A stretch of 32,000 nt of DNA. It comes from Nitrospirota bacterium (GTDB lineage: Bacteria > Nitrospirota > UBA9217). Of the stretch, positions 27,704 through 32,000 are shown piece after piece. The stretch is from positions 1 through 32,000 of the forward strand of contig JAGVOT010000122.1 in NCBI GenBank assembly GCA_020052615.1. Direction: 5' to 3'. Under the pieces are notes generated by a model that did no database searches, was not told where the DNA came from, and saw only the letters and a list, made by a program, of their open reading frames with translations. The number at the start of each line of letters is the position of its first letter. Position 1 is the first letter of the stretch. A program made the position numbers and the translations under genes.

Positions 27704-29340
27704 TGACCCGGAATGATGACGTCCAGAACCATGAATGGCTCGATAGATACAAGAAAAAGATCATTCTCGGGATCGCAGCTCTCATGACGTTGAGCCTCAC
27801 CGTCACGATGATCTATATCGCCTGCACCATGCGTTCCCGGCTCCTGGAGGAGCGCGCGGTCCAGGCGGAAGAGCTCGGGACCATACTCCACTCGAGTCTC
27901 AATCACCTCATGGAGTCCCGCGATCCGGGAAAAATGCAGGACGCGCTTGTCGTCATCGGGAAAGAGAACCCGGCCATCGTCAGGGCGTTCATCCTTGACA
28001 ACAGGGGGAAGGTGGCATACTCATCGCACGAACAGGACATCGGCGTCACCATCGACCGGTTCTCGGATGTTTCCTGCACGGGCTGCCACAATGGTCCGGT
28101 CACCGTGCCCCATGACAGGACCATGACCGTGACCGTTGATGACAAACGGGTCCTGCGGCATGTCCATATCATTGAGAACCGTCCCTCCTGCCACCGGTGC
28201 CATCCGGCCGGGGTCCGGATAAACGGGAAACTCGTCATCGATAGCTCCCTGGAACCCACGGATTCCCTGATCCGTACGGTCATCCTGATCATCCTCGGTT
28301 CTTCGTTCGCCTGTCTGGCCGTCCTTATCCCGTTCCTGTGGCGGACCCTGTCAAAAGGCGTCAATACCTATATCAATGAGATCCGCATGAAATCGGCTGA
28401 ACTCCTGATCCTCTACAGCATCGTCGACCGCTTGAGCGCGACAATAGAATTTGAGGAGCTGAAACAGATAGTCATCGAGATCATCAGTGATGCACTGGGC
28501 GCCGACGAGATCGACATGGTCCTCCCGAACGAATACCGCGAGCTTGGCGTGATCGTATGGACGAGGAACAGGAGCGCCATGGTCAGGAAGAAGGTCGAGG
28601 TCGCATCAGCGCTCCATGATATCATCTATGGGTGGGTGGAAGGCAGGATCACGGAACACACCATCGTCAACAATGGAAAAGAGATCCATATGCCAGTTGC
28701 CAAAGCCGGTAATCGTCTTGCTTTCATTATTATACGCAGCACGTCCGGCGTGTTCGAGCCGTACCAGCTTACCCTCGTCCGGGGAATGGCGAACCACATC
28801 TCCGTGGCCTTTGAGAATGCCCTGTTATACCGCATGGCCATCACGGACGAACTGACGGGACTCTATTCGAGCCGTCACTTCAGGCAGGCCATCGGGAAGA
28901 AATACTCCCTGTTCCATGAGTTCGGGGAAAAGATGACGCTCCTCATGATCGACATAGACAATTTCAAGAGGATCAACGATACTTACGGCCATCCCGCAGG
29001 CGATGCGATCCTGAAGGAAGTGGGGAAATGCATTTTGAGCTCGATCAGGGAGCCGGACCTGGGATTTCGGTATGGCGGCGAGGAGTTCGCCGTGATCCTG
29101 CCCGCGTCCGACATTCCAGCCGGGAAGGTGGTCGCAGAACGAATGCGCGCCTTGATCGAGCACTACCCGTTCAAGGCAGATCAACACGTCCTGAAGGTGA
29201 CCGTGAGCATTGGCGTTGCTTCCTGGCCGGCAAGCGCTGAGAGCATCAAGGAGGTCATCGCCGAGGCCGATAAGGCGCTGTACGATGCAAAGCACGGCGG
29301 GAAGAACCAGGTTGTCGTGCGGGCTCGTGGTGAAAAGTAA
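27700..29340 (+). CDS. Membrane diguanylate cyclase-like protein with two CXXCH haem motifs in the extracytoplasmic sensor and a GAF-like region
   Basis: TM1 IILGIAALMTLSLTVTMIYIACT; DVSCTGCHNGPV and PSCHRCHPAGV; TM2; GAF-like region; ELTGLYSSRHF...FLMIDIDNFKRIND-type core and REPDLGFRYGGEEFAVILP (A-site GGEEF and I-site RxxD present). Confidence 0.94.
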   Translation: MMTRNDDVQNHEWLDRYKKKIILGIAALMTLSLTVTMIYIACTMRSRLLEERAVQAEELGTILHSSLNHLMESRDPGKMQDALVVIGKENPAIVRAFILDNRGKVAYSSHEQDIGVTIDRFSDVSCTGCHNGPVTVPHDRTMTVTVDDKRVLRHVHIIENRPSCHRCHPAGVRINGKLVIDSSLEPTDSLIRTVILIILGSSFACLAVLIPFLWRTLSKGVNTYINEIRMKSAELLILYSIVDRLSATIEFEELKQIVIEIISDALGADEIDMVLPNEYRELGVIVWTRNRSAMVRKKVEVASALHDIIYGWVEGRITEHTIVNNGKEIHMPVAKAGNRLAFIIIRSTSGVFEPYQLTLVRGMANHISVAFENALLYRMAITDELTGLYSSRHFRQAIGKKYSLFHEFGEKMTLLMIDIDNFKRINDTYGHPAGDAILKEVGKCILSSIREPDLGFRYGGEEFAVILPASDIPAGKVVAERMRALIEHYPFKADQHVLKVTVSIGVASWPASAESIKEVIAEADKALYDAKHGGKNQVVVRARGEK

Positions 29341-29379
29341 GATGTGCGAATTTAGAAGGAGGAAGGAAAAAGCAACAAA

Positions 29380-29396
29380 TGCCGTCTAGAGCGGCA
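29380..29396 (-). terminator. Weak hairpin overlapping the rmuC stop codon
   Basis: TGCCG-tctagag-CGGCA; on the minus strand followed by TTTGTTGCTTTTTCC. Confidence 0.3.
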
Positions 29397-30513
29397 GTTT
29401 CTTCGTTTCCTCAAGCGCCGGTGATGCATCGCTCAGGGACTGGAGCTTGTCTTCGAATTTTGCGAGTTTCTTGTCTGCTTCGTCATATCTCGATTTCGTA
29501 TTCGTCAGATGCTTTCCCACCAGGTCGAATTCTTCCTGGAACTTCCGGAAATCCCCCGACAGCCTCGCGAGGCTGGTCAGGATGTCCTGGGCGCGCTCCT
29601 CGATGTGCATCCCCTTGAGGCCGAGCAGGATGGTCTGGAGATATGCGTAGAAGCTGTTCGGCGAGACCGGGATGACCCGTTTCGCGAAAGCGTAGTTCAG
29701 AAGGCCTTTGTCCGTGTCCATGGCCTCGTCCTTGATGATCAGCTCGTAGTACACGTTCTCCGCCGGGATGTACATGAGGGCGAAGTCGAAGGTCCCTTCG
29801 TCCGGCAGGATGTATTTCCCCGAGATGGCGTCGATGTGCTTCTTCACGTCGGCGATGAACTTTCTCTTTGCCGCCCGCTGCTCCTCTTCCGACGATACCT
29901 CGATCACGCGTTTGAAGTTTTCCAGCGGGAACTTGGCATCCACCGGGACAAGGTTGTGGCCGAGCCGGATGACGGCGTCCACGACCTCGCCGCTCTTGAA
30001 CCGGTGCTGGAGGGTGAAGTGGGCGGGCGGCAGGATCTGGGCCAGGAGATCGCCGAGGAACAGTTCGCCCAAGCCGCCGCGCAGTTTCGGTGAACGCAGG
30101 ATCTCCTGCAGGCTCGCGATGTCCTTGCCCACCTCGAAGACCTTCTTCGTCGCCTCACCCAGGCTGCCGAGCCCTTTGCTTACCTCGGAAACGACCTTGG
30201 CCGCGTTGTCCAGCCGCGTGTTCAGGTCGCCCGTGGATTTCTGGAGCTGATCGGTGACCTGGCCGAGCCGTGTGTTCACCTGCGAGGTGATCTGCCCGAG
30301 CTGGGTATTCACCTGCTGCATGACATGGCCGAGCTGATGGTTGACCGCATCCTGGTTCTTGATCATGGCGTCGGAGAGCTGGCCGCGGAGCGACTGGACC
30401 TCCTGCTGCAGCAGATTCACGGCAGGGTCAACGGTCTTCTTCTGCGACTGGAAGATGAACCAGACGAGGAGGAGCAGGGTGAGCGCAAGAAGTATGAGGA
30501 TGGCGGTGAGCAT
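29386..30513 (-). CDS. rmuC: RmuC-family DNA recombination protein
   Basis: N-terminal TM, coiled coil (QLGQITSQVNTRLGQVTDQLQKS), then GLGELFLGDLLAQILPPAHFTLQHRFKSGEVVDAVIRLGHNLVPVDAKFPLENFKRV...KYILPDEGTFDFALMYIPAENVYYELI...RVIPVSPNSFYAYLQTILLGLKGM. Confidence 0.94.
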   Translation of the reverse strand: MLTAILILLALTLLLLVWFIFQSQKKTVDPAVNLLQQEVQSLRGQLSDAMIKNQDAVNHQLGHVMQQVNTQLGQITSQVNTRLGQVTDQLQKSTGDLNTRLDNAAKVVSEVSKGLGSLGEATKKVFEVGKDIASLQEILRSPKLRGGLGELFLGDLLAQILPPAHFTLQHRFKSGEVVDAVIRLGHNLVPVDAKFPLENFKRVIEVSSEEEQRAAKRKFIADVKKHIDAISGKYILPDEGTFDFALMYIPAENVYYELIIKDEAMDTDKGLLNYAFAKRVIPVSPNSFYAYLQTILLGLKGMHIEERAQDILTSLARLSGDFRKFQEEFDLVGKHLTNTKSRYDEADKKLAKFEDKLQSLSDASPALEETKKLPL

Positions 30514-30754
30514 GGTGTTGGAATGCGAAAAACGTCAGACAGAGCGAGGCCTCTCTCCCATAATGACGTTCATTATACCATTCATAGCAGGAAGAGTAAA
30601 CTATTGCCATGACGACGGTAAAAAGAAAGCGCCCGTAAGCAGGGAGGAGGTGATCGAAGAGTAAAACCGGGACCAAGTCCCTGCCTTGGGCTGCAGGGAA
30701 GACAGCAAGGCGGCACGCTATATCTGCGCTCCGGCTGGAATCTGCTCCAGGGAA

Positions 30755-30784
30755 AAGAAGGCAGCCCTTGCGGGCCGCCTTCTT
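30755..30784 (-). terminator. Candidate rho-independent terminator for the 30808-31281 gene
   Basis: Minus strand AAGAAGGCGGCCC-GCAA-GGGCTGCCTTCTT-TTCCC: 13-bp stem with one mismatch, GNRA-type tetraloop, then a short T run. Confidence 0.65.
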
Positions 30785-30807
30785 CACAGCATCATGGTGC
30801 GTTGCGC

Positions 30808-31281
30808 TCAGTTCTTAATCCCGACGACATTCACCGGCACGGTACACCCGTCGTCAAGACAGGTCAGCGTCGCGGTCCCGCTGAAGCTCGTGCCCGCGGC
30901 ATTGATCGTGAGGTTGTATGACCCCCGCATATTGCTGCACCCGCCGACCGGATAGCGCGATCCGTTGAAGGTCACCACGTAACCGCTGATCGTGGCCGGG
31001 ACCGCGTTCGCCGCACCGGCCCGGGTATCGTAGACGCTCAGGCTGTTCCCTGACTGCGAGGCGACGACGCCTGTCCAGCCATCCCACGTTCCCAGGGGAA
31101 CGCCGCACGTGTTGCTTCCGCTCGACACGGTGTCGGTGATGTCCCAACTCGTTCCTGCAAGGTTCGTGAACGCCGGCGGACTCAGGGGGGTGGTCCCGCC
31201 TCCTCCCCCGCCTCCGCCACAGGCGGCCGTAAGAGCTGCGAACAACAATGCTGCGACTGCTGCGTACCCTTTCTTTTTCAT
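30808..31281 (-). CDS. Small secreted lipoprotein, function unknown
   Basis: MKKKGYAAVAALLFAALTAACGGGGGGGG (lipobox TAAC plus glycine linker), then a compact beta-rich domain with paired Cys; start moved to ATG 31281. Confidence 0.75.
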   Translation of the reverse strand: MKKKGYAAVAALLFAALTAACGGGGGGGGTTPLSPPAFTNLAGTSWDITDTVSSGSNTCGVPLGTWDGWTGVVASQSGNSLSVYDTRAGAANAVPATISGYVVTFNGSRYPVGGCSNMRGSYNLTINAAGTSFSGTATLTCLDDGCTVPVNVVGIKN

Positions 31282-31589
31282 GCTTGCCCCTCCTTTTGAA
31301 TTGCCGGATGACGGCCCTGCACAAGCGCCCCCTATGATCCGGTTTGTAAGCAGTGGTGCACGCCCCACGGTTGCCCGGTCAGCCGGGATTCCGCTGAAAC
31401 CGCGGCCGAACAAGCCATCTTTCTACGGCTCGTACGGCGGCAGGTCCGCGATCATATCGTCCGTCACGGCGGAAAAGAACCCGCTCAGCCCCGCCTCCAG
31501 CTCCGGCTGAAAGAACCCCAGCACGATATTCGCCGTGTATGATCTATGATATCTTCCTTTCTCTTCGGGGATAGATGTCAACATCCCCG

Positions 31590-32000
31590 TCAATAGATCC
31601 CGCTCATGCCGCTGCCTGGTCCTGCAAAGAGATCGAACACCATCTCCGTTCCCGCTTCCGTGCCGTCGGTCCGCCAGAGCTCCCCGCCGGCGGCGTTCAC
31701 CGCTGTAAAATACGCGGCGCTTCCGGCAATGGTAAAGAACAGCGGTTTGCTGTCCATGCTGCCGGGATTGATGTCCCTCACCAGCGCCGTGCCCGATGCT
31801 GTTCCGTCGCTCTTCCAGAGCTCTCCGCCGTTCGACCCGTCATCGGCAACGAAATAGAGCGCGCCGCCCATCGCGCCGAGCGCGTAGGGAGCGCTGCTCC
31901 CGGCGCCCGGATTGATGTCCTTCACCAGCGCCGTTCCCGCCGCTGTCCCGTCGCTCGTCCAGAGCTCCATGCCGTTCGCGCCGTCATCGGCCCGGAAGTA
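31590..32000 (-). CDS. ELWxxDGT-repeat protein, 5' part beyond window edge
   Basis: Repeats ELWTSDGTAAGTALVKDINPGAGSS, ELWKSDGTASGTALVRDINPGSMDS, ELWRTDGTEAGTEMVFDLFAGPGSG; frame stays open to base 32000 (YFRADDGANG upstream of the Met at 31970). Confidence 0.85.
   Translation of the reverse strand, partial: YFRADDGANGMELWTSDGTAAGTALVKDINPGAGSSAPYALGAMGGALYFVADDGSNGGELWKSDGTASGTALVRDINPGSMDSKPLFFTIAGSAAYFTAVNAAGGELWRTDGTEAGTEMVFDLFAGPGSGMSGIY

Overview
GC-rich bacterial window with three parts. (1) Positions 1-8207, + strand: carB (5'-truncated by the window edge), greA, pyrK-like, pyrD, a haem-motif sensor histidine kinase and an NtrC-type regulator. (2) Positions 8643-24200: an accessory block. 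On the minus strand it encodes an exported FliF(C-terminal)-FliG(M/C) fusion, a MotA-like protein, two tandem MotB/OmpA-like proteins and an exported TPR protein, followed by a 19-CXXCH cytochrome and two paralogous 6-CXXCH cytochromes. Divergently on the plus strand it encodes a DUF1566-like + RCC1 propeller protein, a cytochrome with 13 CX2CH plus CX4CH and CX3CH motifs, an 8-CXXCH cytochrome with an internal OmpA-like domain, and NHL-repeat lipoproteins leading into kup. (3) Positions 27374-32000: cupin, haem-motif GGDEF protein, rmuC, a small lipoprotein and an ELWxxDGT-repeat protein running off the window edge. The most interesting candidate is the motor-like module (FliG-type switch protein fused to a minimal FliF, MotA, and two MotB paralogues of which only one keeps the channel Asp) with no flagellar rod, hook, filament or FliM/N genes in the window, embedded among multihaem cytochromes. 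Several structured non-coding elements are also described. All homology calls are from pattern recognition of the translated ORFs; no database searches were run, and novelty is not established.
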